Part shown: piece after piece, positions 35,929 to 44,624 of the stretch
Position numbering within the stretch: position 1 is the stretch's first letter
Layout of the letters: each line of letters begins with the position of its first letter
Assembly (NCBI GenBank): GCA_964496705.1
Contig: CAZCBJ010000002.1
Coordinates: 1,488 to 57,664 of the forward strand
Reading direction: 5' to 3'
DNA from: an uncultured Anaerolineaceae bacterium
Lineage (GTDB): Bacteria > Chloroflexota > Anaerolineae > Anaerolineales > Anaerolineaceae
Length of the DNA: 56,177 nt
Made by a program: the position numbers and the translations under genes
The notes under the pieces: generated by a model
Database searches by the model: none
Told to the model about the DNA's origin: nothing
Seen by the model: only the letters and a program-made list of their open reading frames with translations

Positions 35929-36639
35929 ATGAAGGCAGTTGTTTTGGCAGGGGGCAAAGGGACACGGCTGGCGCCCTACACCAAAGTCATTCCCAAACCG
36001 TTGATGCCCATCGGAGATATGCCCATCCTCGAAGTGATGCTGCGCCAGATCAAGCGTGCCGGTGTGGATGAGGTAACGCTGGCCGTGGGGCATATGGGGC
36101 AGTTGCTGCAGGCTTTCTTCAACAATGGCGCGCAATATGGATTGTCGATTCGTTACAGCATGGAGCAACAGCCGCTGGGAACCGCCGGACCGCTCAGCCT
36201 GATCGAAGGGCTGGATACCTCTTTTTTGGTGATTAACGGTGACACCCTCACCTCGCTGGATTTCCGGGATTTCATCAATTACCATCATGCCAATAACGCA
36301 GCGGCCACCATTGCCATGTACTGCCGCAAGGTGCATGTGGACCTGGGCGTTATCCAGACCAATGAAAACAAAGAAGTCATCGGGTATATTGAAAAGCCGA
36401 CCTACGAATTCATGGTCAGCATGGGCATCTACCTGTTTGACCCGCGGGTGCTGGAATACATCCCGTATAACCAGTACCTGGATTTTCCGCAGTTGGTGCA
36501 CAAATTGATCCAGGCTAACGAGCGCGTGATGGGTTATTACTTTGCCGATTACTGGAAAGATCTGGGGCGCCCGGATGATTACGAACAGGCGATTGCCGAT
36601 TTTGAAAACATGCGCTCGATCTTTCTGAATGGAGAATAA
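35929..36639 (+). CDS. Sugar-1-phosphate nucleotidyltransferase (PtmE/RmlA-like fold)
   Basis: MKAVVLAGGKGTRLAPYTKVIPKPLMPI signature. AAGGAGG RBS. Confidence 0.85.
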   Translation: MKAVVLAGGKGTRLAPYTKVIPKPLMPIGDMPILEVMLRQIKRAGVDEVTLAVGHMGQLLQAFFNNGAQYGLSIRYSMEQQPLGTAGPLSLIEGLDTSFLVINGDTLTSLDFRDFINYHHANNAAATIAMYCRKVHVDLGVIQTNENKEVIGYIEKPTYEFMVSMGIYLFDPRVLEYIPYNQYLDFPQLVHKLIQANERVMGYYFADYWKDLGRPDDYEQAIADFENMRSIFLNGE

Positions 36640-36641
36640 AA

Positions 36642-37787
36642 ATGGACTGGCGCGTAACGCTGGCTGATCTGGATATCGGTGCGGAAGAAGAACAGGCTGT
36701 AGTGGGAGTCATCCGGCGCAAGTGGCTGACCATGGGCGAGGTGACTCAGCGTTTTGAAGAGGAATTCGCATCCCTGACTGGTGCGAAGCATGCCTTCGCG
36801 GTGACCAATGCCACCGTTGGACTGCACCTGGCCTGTGTGGCGGCGGGGTTGGGGCCGGGTGATGAGGTCATTCTACCGTCGCTGACGTTTGTGGCTACGG
36901 CGGCAGCGGTGTTGTATACAGGCGCGGTGCCGGTGTTTGCGGATATTCAAGGTGAAGATGACCTGACCATCGCACCGCAGGCCATCGAGCGCTGCATCAC
37001 CTCGCGCACACGGGCGATCATGGTGATGCATTACGGCGGATACGCCTGCGACATGCCTGCCATCCTGGCGCTGGCAGAGCAGCATGGGCTGCAGGTGTTG
37101 GAAGATGCCGCTCATGCTCCCGGTTCCTGGTTGGAGCAGAGGCATCTGGGCACCTGGGGTCGGATTGGCGTGTTCAGCTTCTTTTCCAACAAGAATCTGG
37201 CTACCGGCGAAGGGGGCATGTTGGTCACCGATGAGGATGAACTGGGCGCGCGTTTGCACACCCTGCGCTCGCATGCCATGACCACGCTCACCTGGGATCG
37301 TCACCGCGGACATGCCTGGAGCTATGATGTGACCGATGTGGGCTACAACTACCGCCTGGACGAAATCCGCTCGGCCATCGGTCTGGTGCAGTTGCACAAG
37401 CTGGAGCATCACAACCAACGCCGGCGTGATTTAAGTGCGCTGTACTGGCGCTTATTCCAGGAGCAGTCGCCGGAGGTGGGGCTGCCCTTCCGCACTCACG
37501 CAAGCATCTCCTCGGGGCACCTGTTCCCGATTTTGCTGCCGCCCGGCTGCGATAAAATTCGCTTCATGGAACACATGAAAGCACAGGGGATCCAAACCAG
37601 CATCCACTATCCACCAATTCACACCTTCAGTTATTACCGCAGGCAGTTTCCGCAGGTAACGCTGCCGCTGACTGAACAAATAGCGGCGCGCGAAGTGACG
37701 CTGCCGCTGCACCCATTGATGAACGAGGAGACGGTGGCGGATGTGGTCGCCTGTGTGCGAGACAGTCTTCGTGTAGCCGTGGATTAA
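36642..37787 (+). CDS. DegT/DnrJ/EryC1/StrS sugar aminotransferase (LegC/4-aminotransferase-like)
   Basis: VTQRFEEEFASLTGAKHAFAVTNATVGLHLA...SFFSNKNLATGEGGML catalytic Lys motif. Confidence 0.85.
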   Translation: MDWRVTLADLDIGAEEEQAVVGVIRRKWLTMGEVTQRFEEEFASLTGAKHAFAVTNATVGLHLACVAAGLGPGDEVILPSLTFVATAAAVLYTGAVPVFADIQGEDDLTIAPQAIERCITSRTRAIMVMHYGGYACDMPAILALAEQHGLQVLEDAAHAPGSWLEQRHLGTWGRIGVFSFFSNKNLATGEGGMLVTDEDELGARLHTLRSHAMTTLTWDRHRGHAWSYDVTDVGYNYRLDEIRSAIGLVQLHKLEHHNQRRRDLSALYWRLFQEQSPEVGLPFRTHASISSGHLFPILLPPGCDKIRFMEHMKAQGIQTSIHYPPIHTFSYYRRQFPQVTLPLTEQIAAREVTLPLHPLMNEETVADVVACVRDSLRVAVD

Positions 37788-37788
37788 G

Positions 37789-39159
37789 ATGCGCGCGTTG
37801 GACCGCCATGTTGCCTTGATTTTGATGGGGCTGCATTGGGCGCTGCTGTTGGTTGCAGCGCCTTTTTTGCTTTTTCCCACCCCTGATCACAGCCCGGCCC
37901 TGCTGTTGGTGCCGTTCAGCCTGCTGCTTGCCTGGGCGGCCAGCCGCCGGGCGCTGCCGGTGACGGCGATGAACGTCCCCATTCTGCTGCTGGCCACCAT
38001 GCTGCTGGTCAGCCTGTGGGCCACCTTTGATCTTAGCCACAGTCTGCCGAAGATCGCGGGCTTGCTGTGGGGATTGGCTGTGTTCTTCGCCTTTGCCCGC
38101 GCAGCCCAGTCGCACACCGGTTGGGGATGGAGCCTGGCTGGTTTTCTGGCGGCGGGATGCGCTGTGGCAGCCGTCAGCCTGCTGGGCACAGCCTGGGTTT
38201 CCAAATTTACCCTGTTGGCTCCTTTTCTCGCGCGTTTCCCGCAGGTTTTCACGGGACTGGCGGGGGCTGAGAGCGGGATTCATCCCAACGAGGTGGCCGG
38301 GGCGCTGCTGTGGGTGCTGCCCGTTTTCCTGGTGATTTTATCCGCCATGTTGTTGCGTCCGTCGGGCTGGTTTTCGCGCCGCAGATTGTGGCACGCTTTC
38401 AGTGTGGTTGCGCTGGCCCTTGGCGGGCTGTTCTGCCTGGTGGCCTTTCTGCTCTCGCAATCGCGGGGCGGTTATCTCAGTTTTCTGCTGGCCGCGCTGC
38501 TGGCATTCTGGGCGGCTTTGCCCCGGCGCTGGCGTTGGATTTCATTGGTGGTGATGGTTCTGGTTGCTGCGGCAGGCGGCGTGTACATTCAGCAGCAGGG
38601 AGGTTTGAACCAATTGTGGATGCGCCTGGCCAGTCAGGCGGATAACAGCGCATCCTGGTCATTGAGCACCCTGGCAGGCAGGCTGGACATCTGGGCGCGC
38701 GCCATCTACGCCATTGGCGATTTCCCCCTCACCGGGATGGGAATGAACAACTTCCGCAGGGTGGTGCATTTGTTGTACCCCCTGGCGGAGAATCCGCCCG
38801 ATCGGGACTTTGGACATGCGCACAATGAGTTTTTGCAGACCGGGTTGGATCTGGGCATCCCTGGGCTTATAGCGCTGGCTTCCACCTATATATCCGGATT
38901 CTGGATGCTGCTGCGGATGTGGAAACGCGCCGGGCAGATGCCTCATGCGGATATATTCGTGGGTGAGCGCCTGGATGAAGGCCGGCGGTTCATCGAGCGC
39001 AGCCTGGCGCTCGCGCTGGGCACAGGTTTGTTGGCCCATTTCTTCTACGGCATGACCGACGCGGTGGCGCTGGGCGCCAAACCGGGATTTCTTTTCTGGA
39101 TGCTGCTGGGCTTGATCGCCGGTTTATATAACCGGCAGCAAGAGGGGGCGGGCGGATGA
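37789..39159 (+). CDS. O-antigen ligase/polymerase family (Wzy_C) membrane protein
   Basis: More than 10 TM segments and a periplasmic-loop motif GHAHNEFLQTGLDLGIPGL, typical of the WaaL/Wzy/PglL family. Confidence 0.75.
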   Translation: MRALDRHVALILMGLHWALLLVAAPFLLFPTPDHSPALLLVPFSLLLAWAASRRALPVTAMNVPILLLATMLLVSLWATFDLSHSLPKIAGLLWGLAVFFAFARAAQSHTGWGWSLAGFLAAGCAVAAVSLLGTAWVSKFTLLAPFLARFPQVFTGLAGAESGIHPNEVAGALLWVLPVFLVILSAMLLRPSGWFSRRRLWHAFSVVALALGGLFCLVAFLLSQSRGGYLSFLLAALLAFWAALPRRWRWISLVVMVLVAAAGGVYIQQQGGLNQLWMRLASQADNSASWSLSTLAGRLDIWARAIYAIGDFPLTGMGMNNFRRVVHLLYPLAENPPDRDFGHAHNEFLQTGLDLGIPGLIALASTYISGFWMLLRMWKRAGQMPHADIFVGERLDEGRRFIERSLALALGTGLLAHFFYGMTDAVALGAKPGFLFWMLLGLIAGLYNRQQEGAGG

Positions 39160-39431
39160 TCAACTGGGTTGCGCTGGGAATCAACGCGCTGTGGATCCTC
39201 GGACTGGGATTGGCGCTGGCGGGGCTTGGTTTTGCGTGGCAAACCAGAGCCTCGGAAGAGAGCAGGCTGGGAAATCATCATGCGCGGCGCGCGGTCTGGG
39301 CGGTTATCTGTGCAGGGTTGCTGTTGTTTTGCATGGCCTGGTCGGCATTGGCTGAGCTGCTTTGGATGCAAATCGCCTGGGGCGCCCTGGCGATTGGTTT
39401 TGCCTATCTGGCCTGGCGCAATCGCACATGA
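39156..39431 (+). CDS. Small membrane protein (about 3 TM), unknown
   Basis: 91-aa hydrophobic ORF, ATGA-coupled at both ends (39156-39159 and 39428-39431). Confidence 0.45.
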   Translation: MINWVALGINALWILGLGLALAGLGFAWQTRASEESRLGNHHARRAVWAVICAGLLLFCMAWSALAELLWMQIAWGALAIGFAYLAWRNRT

Positions 39432-40462
39432 ACGCAATTGATCGCAGCGATTCCACCCGCAAACCAGGCGCCTGGCGCTGGGGCATCGGTTTGCTGGTCA
39501 GTCTGGCGTGCATATACCTGGCGTTGCGCGAGGTGAATTGGTCTGAGGTGGACATGAGGCTGCGCGAAGCCGACCTGTGGCTGCTGACCCTGGGAGTGGG
39601 CAGCGTGCTGGCCACTTTCTTGGCCAAAGCCAGGCGCTGGACGCGCATCTTCCCGCGCGAACAACGCCCTCGCCTTGCAACCGCTTTCCGCATCCAATCC
39701 ATCGGCATGCTGCTCAACACCTTTTTGCCGGCCCGTCTGGGAGACCTGGGGCGGGCTTATTGGATGGGTGAAGCCCAATCCTTGCGCAAAGCCTTCGCGC
39801 TGGGCACGCTGGTGGTGGAAAAGCTGATGGATTTAATCCTGGTGGTCTTGACGCTGGGGGTTGTGATGCTGCAAATGTCGCTTCCAGATTGGATTCTGAT
39901 CCCCTGGCAGCGGCTTTCCATCGCGGTCGGGCTGGCGGTGCTGGTGGTTGGCGGAGTGATCTGGCAGCGGATGGCACTGCTGCGACTGATTCAGCGCGTC
40001 AGCGGGCGCGCGCAGCAGCCCTGGCTGGCTTGGCTGAGTGAACAGGCGGCGGCTGGGGTTGAAAGTTTCAGCATGTTGGGACAGGCAGGACAACTATCCG
40101 TGGTGGTGGTCTGGTCGTTGATCGCCTGGGGGTTGTCCGCCTCGACCAATGCCATCCTGTTCCTGGCGCTGGGGGTCAAGGTGCCGCCGGGAGCGGCCTG
40201 GCTGCTGTTGGTTGTTTTACAGCTCGGGGTGGCCGTGCCGTCTTCGCCCGGGCGGATTGGCGTGTTTCATTACCTGACCTTGCTGGTGCTGCAGCTTTAT
40301 GGGGTGGCGCATGGCGTCGCCCTCAGCGTGGGCATCCTGCTGCATCTGGTGGTGGTGGGCAGTATCACCGCGGTTGGGCTGATTTGCCTCTGGCGGCAAA
40401 AGATCACCTGGGCTGACTTGCGCCAGCATTTTGCACGTTTCAATCCACGGGAGGGAAATTGA
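39428..40462 (+). CDS. UPF0104 / LPG-synthase-TM (flippase-like) family membrane protein
   Basis: LVSLACIYLALREVNWSEVDMRLREADLWLLTLGVGSVLATFLAKARRWTRIF and a later RIGVFHY motif are typical of the family. The ATG at 39428 is preferred over the track start at 39362. Confidence 0.75.
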   Translation: MNAIDRSDSTRKPGAWRWGIGLLVSLACIYLALREVNWSEVDMRLREADLWLLTLGVGSVLATFLAKARRWTRIFPREQRPRLATAFRIQSIGMLLNTFLPARLGDLGRAYWMGEAQSLRKAFALGTLVVEKLMDLILVVLTLGVVMLQMSLPDWILIPWQRLSIAVGLAVLVVGGVIWQRMALLRLIQRVSGRAQQPWLAWLSEQAAAGVESFSMLGQAGQLSVVVVWSLIAWGLSASTNAILFLALGVKVPPGAAWLLLVVLQLGVAVPSSPGRIGVFHYLTLLVLQLYGVAHGVALSVGILLHLVVVGSITAVGLICLWRQKITWADLRQHFARFNPREGN

Positions 40463-40463
40463 A

Positions 40464-42050
40464 ATGCGCATTTCGGTGATCGTGCCAGCTTATAACGCCG
40501 CCGACATTCTGGCAGATTGCCTGGATGCGCTCCTGGCGCAGACCCGCGCTCCAGAGGAGATCATCGTCGTGGATGACGGCTCCAGCGATAAAACCGCTGA
40601 GATCGCCTGTTCGAAGGGCGTTGTGGTGCTGACGCAACCCAATCAGGGGCCGGCTGCTGCGCGCAATCGCGGAGCAGAACAGGCCAGCGGCGATGTGCTG
40701 CTCTTTACCGACGCAGACTGCGCGCCTGCGCCGGACTGGGTGGAGCGGTTGATCGCACCGTTTGCTGATGCGGACGTGATCGGGGCGAAAGGCGCTTACC
40801 TTTCCTGCCAGATGGGGGTCGTGCCGCGCTTTGTGCAGCAGGAATATGAGTCCAAGTACCGCCGGCTGTTGCGCCAGTCATCCATCGATTTCATTGACAC
40901 CTATTCCGCCGCCTACCGGCGCGCAATTTTCCTGGAAAACGGCGGCTTCGATCCTTCCTTCCCGGTGCCTTCGGTGGAAGATCAAGACCTTTCCTTCCGC
41001 CTGGCGCGCAAGGGCTACCGCATGGTTTTCGTCCCCCAAGCCCGGGTGGTCCACCGCCATGACGCCAATCTGGGCGAGTATGTGCGGCGAAAATCCGGGA
41101 TTGGTTACTGGAAGGCGCTTCTGTTGCGCTTTTTGCCGGAGAAAACGTTTGCCGATTCGCACACGCTGCCTTCGCAGCGTTGGCAGATCTTGTTTCTGGG
41201 TTTGGCGCTGGCTGGTGTGTTTGCCAGCGCATTTTGGGTGCACGCTTTTTGGTTATCGGTTGTTACGATTGCATTGTTCCTGATCAGCGGAGGCGACTTC
41301 CTGGCCCAAATCGCGAAGCACGATCGTTCCATTCTGTGGGCGGCGCCGGGTCTGTTGTTCTGCCGCGCAGCCGCATTGGGCTGGGGGCTGCTGGTCGGTT
41401 TTCTGAACCCGCCGACGGCTTCTTTGCGCGTTTCTGGCGGTCTGCATGCCTATGAGTTGATCGCCAAGCGCGGGATGGACATCCTGGGTGCCCTGGTGGG
41501 ATTGGTCGTGTTTGCTCCGCTGATTGCGGTCTGTGCGCTGGCGGTCAAGCTGGACAGCCCGGGTGCGGCGTTTTTTGTGCAAGAACGGGTGGGAAAGAAC
41601 GGGCGGCTTTTTAAAATTATCAAGCTGCGCAGCATGCGGATGGGGGCTGAGCGGCAGGTGGAGCAGGTTTTGGCTGAAAATCCGCTGGCAGGCCCGGCCT
41701 TTAAACTGCCAGCCGACCCGCGTCTGACGCGCTTGGGGCGCTTTTTGCGGCGCTGGAGCCTGGATGAGCTGCCCAACCTGTGGAATGTGCTGCGCGGCGA
41801 TATGAGCCTGGTGGGGCCGCGTCCGGAGGAGAGCTGGGTGGTGGCGCGCTACACCGACCATCAGCGCTTGAGGCTGCTGGTCAAGCCCGGCATGACCGGT
41901 CCCATGCAGGTCAGCGGGCGGGGGGATCTGGATTTTGACGTGCGGCTTGAGCTGGAATTGGATTACATCCGCAATTACAGCCTGTGGCGCGATCTGGAGA
42001 TACTGGCGCGAACCCCGGGCGCTGTGATTTGTGGTAGGGGAGCCTATTGA
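40464..42050 (+). CDS. Bifunctional GT2 glycosyltransferase - TM segment - phosphoglycosyl transferase fusion
   Basis: N-terminus ISVIVPAYNAA...VVDDGSSDKT...FTDADC...VEDQDLSFR (GT2). Central TM helices. C-terminus AKRGMDILGALVGLVVFAPL...KLRSM...DPRLTRLGRFLRRWSLDELPNLWNVLRGDMSLVGPRP (bacterial sugar transferase). The ATG at 40464 lies 1 nt after the previous stop. Confidence 0.85.
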   Translation: MRISVIVPAYNAADILADCLDALLAQTRAPEEIIVVDDGSSDKTAEIACSKGVVVLTQPNQGPAAARNRGAEQASGDVLLFTDADCAPAPDWVERLIAPFADADVIGAKGAYLSCQMGVVPRFVQQEYESKYRRLLRQSSIDFIDTYSAAYRRAIFLENGGFDPSFPVPSVEDQDLSFRLARKGYRMVFVPQARVVHRHDANLGEYVRRKSGIGYWKALLLRFLPEKTFADSHTLPSQRWQILFLGLALAGVFASAFWVHAFWLSVVTIALFLISGGDFLAQIAKHDRSILWAAPGLLFCRAAALGWGLLVGFLNPPTASLRVSGGLHAYELIAKRGMDILGALVGLVVFAPLIAVCALAVKLDSPGAAFFVQERVGKNGRLFKIIKLRSMRMGAERQVEQVLAENPLAGPAFKLPADPRLTRLGRFLRRWSLDELPNLWNVLRGDMSLVGPRPEESWVVARYTDHQRLRLLVKPGMTGPMQVSGRGDLDFDVRLELELDYIRNYSLWRDLEILARTPGAVICGRGAY

Positions 42051-42250
42051 TTGGATGGCTATGCCGAGGACAACGACATTGAATTACGCCAGAAGATCGG
42101 CGTGCTTACCCCCAATGACAACGTGCGCCTGAGGGTGGTGGGCTTGATGGCCAAGGGGAGGGCCGGGGTTGACCAACAACGGCGCGTTTGGTGTCGTCCC
42201 GATTCGCACTGCGCGGCGCCTGTTTGAGCGAGAAGACGAAGCGCCTCACG
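42051..42250 (+). pseudogene. Frameshifted fragment of a MacB/FtsX-type ABC permease extracytoplasmic domain
   Basis: One frame reads DNDIELRQKIGVLTPNDNVRLRVVGLMAKG. After a 1-nt shift a second frame reads NNGAFGVVPIRTARRLFEREDE. Together these look like the MacB_PCD core (xxVVGxxxxxG...vPlxtAqxLF). No TM part and no start. Confidence 0.4.
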
Positions 42251-42274
42251 CACACGCATCATGGATGCGAATCG

Positions 42275-42820
42275 TTATGTATTTGATCCAGGGGCTAACA
42301 GACGGACGTAGAAATCGGCCCGTTCCCTGACCTCGTCCACCTGGTTGATGTGGATCACCTGTTCGGCTTTGATGCGGTGGAGAGCCACCGGGAGCAGCTC
42401 CGGCCGCACCACCACCAGCGCGTGGGTGTACCGCTCTGAGGCCAACGCATCAAACGCGCTCAGCCAGCCGGAGGCTTGTTCAAATTCAAGCGGACCCAGC
42501 TCATCCACCACCAGTACATCACAGGGCACGCTGGCAGCCAGCACCCGGTTGCCCCACTCGATCACCTGTGGGTCGAAAAACAGCGGGCCGTAGGCCAGGT
42601 CGCTTTCGGCCAGGCGCTGGATGCCGGCCAGACGGCGCCTTTCTTCACCGCGGATATCCTCGGCCCAAATGCTCTCTTTTTCCCCGTTCAGGTACAGCGC
42701 GGGTGAGAGAATGCCGGCCACATCCATGCCCAGCTTCTGCGCCTTTCTCACAAAGGTCTGACAAAAGGTGGTTTTTCCGCAGCCACGAAAACCGGAAACA
42801 ATCCATTGTTTTACAGCCAT
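42275..42820 (-). CDS. P-loop NTPase, THEP1/DUF2478-like
   Basis: Walker A SGFRGCGKTT, Walker B-like VLVVDELGPLE, 181 aa. 10-nt overlap with the upstream ABC ATPase gene. Confidence 0.65.
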   Translation of the reverse strand: MAVKQWIVSGFRGCGKTTFCQTFVRKAQKLGMDVAGILSPALYLNGEKESIWAEDIRGEERRRLAGIQRLAESDLAYGPLFFDPQVIEWGNRVLAASVPCDVLVVDELGPLEFEQASGWLSAFDALASERYTHALVVVRPELLPVALHRIKAEQVIHINQVDEVRERADFYVRLLAPGSNT

Positions 42821-43587
42821 GATATTTGTCGTCTCCCTTCCACCTGGATAATTTTAACCGGAACACGATAAATGCGCGATAAATTTTCCGGGTTGGCAAC
42901 CAATTCGGTGGGACCTGAAACCAGGACGTTGCCCTTCTCCATAAGCACGGCCTCATCACTCACCGCCAAAGCGATATCTGGTTCATGGGTGGTCAGCAGG
43001 ATGGTGGCGCCGCGGGATTGCAGGTCGCGCAGGATCTGCACCAGGCGGTATTTGTTGCTCAGATCCAGGTGAGAGGTGGGCTCATCCAGCAGCAGCAGGC
43101 TGGGCTCTTGGGCAAGCGCGCGGGCAGCCAGCACCAACTGGCGCTCTCCGCCGCTGATGCCGAGGATGGAGTGGTCGTACAATTCAGCCGCTCCCACCTT
43201 TTCAAGCGCGCCGTAGGCGATTTCCTCATCCGTCCGGGTGGGCATGCCCAGCGGCGGCAGATAAGGCGCGCGACCGAGGAGCACATATTCCAGCACGCTG
43301 TACTCAAAGGGGGTGTGCTCGCTTTGCGGGATGAGGGCGATCTCCTGACCCAGCTCACGACGGCTGTAAGACTGGATGGGTTTTCCGCGAAATGCGATCG
43401 TGCCTGCCCAGGGTTTGAGCCAGCCGAGGGCCAGAAAAAGCAGCGTGGTTTTCCCGGCGCCGTTGGGTCCGAGGATGGCGGTGATGCTGCCGGTCCTGAT
43501 CGCCAGGTTGAGACCGCTCAGCACAGGCGGGAGATGCCGGTCATAGCCGAAGTGAAGGTTTTGAAAAGACAGCAGGGGCGCGCTCAT
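42811..43587 (-). CDS. ABC importer ATPase, FepC/BtuD/FhuC type
   Basis: Walker A GPNGAGKTT, signature ISGGERQ, Walker B LLLLDEPTSHLD. Confidence 0.9.
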   Translation of the reverse strand: MSAPLLSFQNLHFGYDRHLPPVLSGLNLAIRTGSITAILGPNGAGKTTLLFLALGWLKPWAGTIAFRGKPIQSYSRRELGQEIALIPQSEHTPFEYSVLEYVLLGRAPYLPPLGMPTRTDEEIAYGALEKVGAAELYDHSILGISGGERQLVLAARALAQEPSLLLLDEPTSHLDLSNKYRLVQILRDLQSRGATILLTTHEPDIALAVSDEAVLMEKGNVLVSGPTELVANPENLSRIYRVPVKIIQVEGRRQISWL

Positions 43588-44624
43588 CGTTCGATTTTTA
43601 CCCCCCGCGATACCATCAGGATGATGAAAATTCCTGCGCCGAGCAGCGAGGTGAGGATGCCGATGGGGATTTCACCGGCCAGCAGGCTGCGTGAGAGGTC
43701 ATCGCACAGGATGGCGAATATCCCGCCCAGCAGCATAGCGCCGGGCAGGGTGTAGCGCGTGTCGGAGCCAAACAGGCGGCGGGCGATGTGGGGCATGATC
43801 AAGCCGACCCAACCCACCATCCCAGCCACCGAGATGACCGCCGCGGCAGGCAGCACCGCCGCGGTGATTAACAGCAACCGCTCGCGTTTGGGCGCGGCAC
43901 CGAGTGAAAAGGCGGTTTCTTCATGCAACGATAACAGGTTGAGCCGCCAGCGGAAGAGGAAGAGCACACTCAATCCCAGCAGGCTGGCGGGCAGGATTGA
44001 AAAGAACTGACGCCAGGTGATGCTGGATAGCCCGCCCAACAACCAAAAGGTGATTTCCGGGAGCTGGCTCAAAGGATCGGCGATGTATTTGAGCACGCCC
44101 AGTCCGGCTGAATACAGGGCAGAAATGGCGATGCCCGACAACACCAGGCGCAGCACCCAGCCGCCGTAGCGGATGCGCCGCGCCAGAAAGTACGAGAACG
44201 CCAGCCCGCTGAAGGCGAACACCACCGCTGCCCCCTGGGTGACAGCCGCGGAGGCGCCAAGGAAGACGATGGACAACGCTGCGCCGAAGGCCGCTCCCTG
44301 GGAAACACCCAGGAAGCCCGGTTCAACCAGCGGATTGCCAAACAGCATCTGGAACACCGCGCCGGAAGCGGCCAGCGAAATTCCCATCAACAGCGCCGTG
44401 AGCAGGCGCGGCAGGCGCAGGTTGAACACCAGCAGCCGGGCGAGATCATCCTGCTGAATTTGCGCAGGGGAGATCAGGCCCAGGCTGGGGTAGCGCCCCC
44501 ACAGAAGCGAGAGGAGGAAGAAAATCCCCAATCCCACGCTTAGCCAGACCAGGATGCGCAGGCGAACATGGTTTCGCAAGAGGACCTGCTGCACAGCGGA
44601 GTCAGGGAAGTTGGCAGAACTCAA
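43584..44624 (-). CDS. FecCD-family ABC importer permease (BtuC/FepD-like)
   Basis: 346 aa with about 9-10 TM segments. Motifs RLPRLLTALLMGISLAASGAVFQMLFGNPLVEPGFLGVSQGAA and IPIGILTSLLGAGIFIILM. Confidence 0.9.
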   Translation of the reverse strand: MSSANFPDSAVQQVLLRNHVRLRILVWLSVGLGIFFLLSLLWGRYPSLGLISPAQIQQDDLARLLVFNLRLPRLLTALLMGISLAASGAVFQMLFGNPLVEPGFLGVSQGAAFGAALSIVFLGASAAVTQGAAVVFAFSGLAFSYFLARRIRYGGWVLRLVLSGIAISALYSAGLGVLKYIADPLSQLPEITFWLLGGLSSITWRQFFSILPASLLGLSVLFLFRWRLNLLSLHEETAFSLGAAPKRERLLLITAAVLPAAAVISVAGMVGWVGLIMPHIARRLFGSDTRYTLPGAMLLGGIFAILCDDLSRSLLAGEIPIGILTSLLGAGIFIILMVSRGVKIER

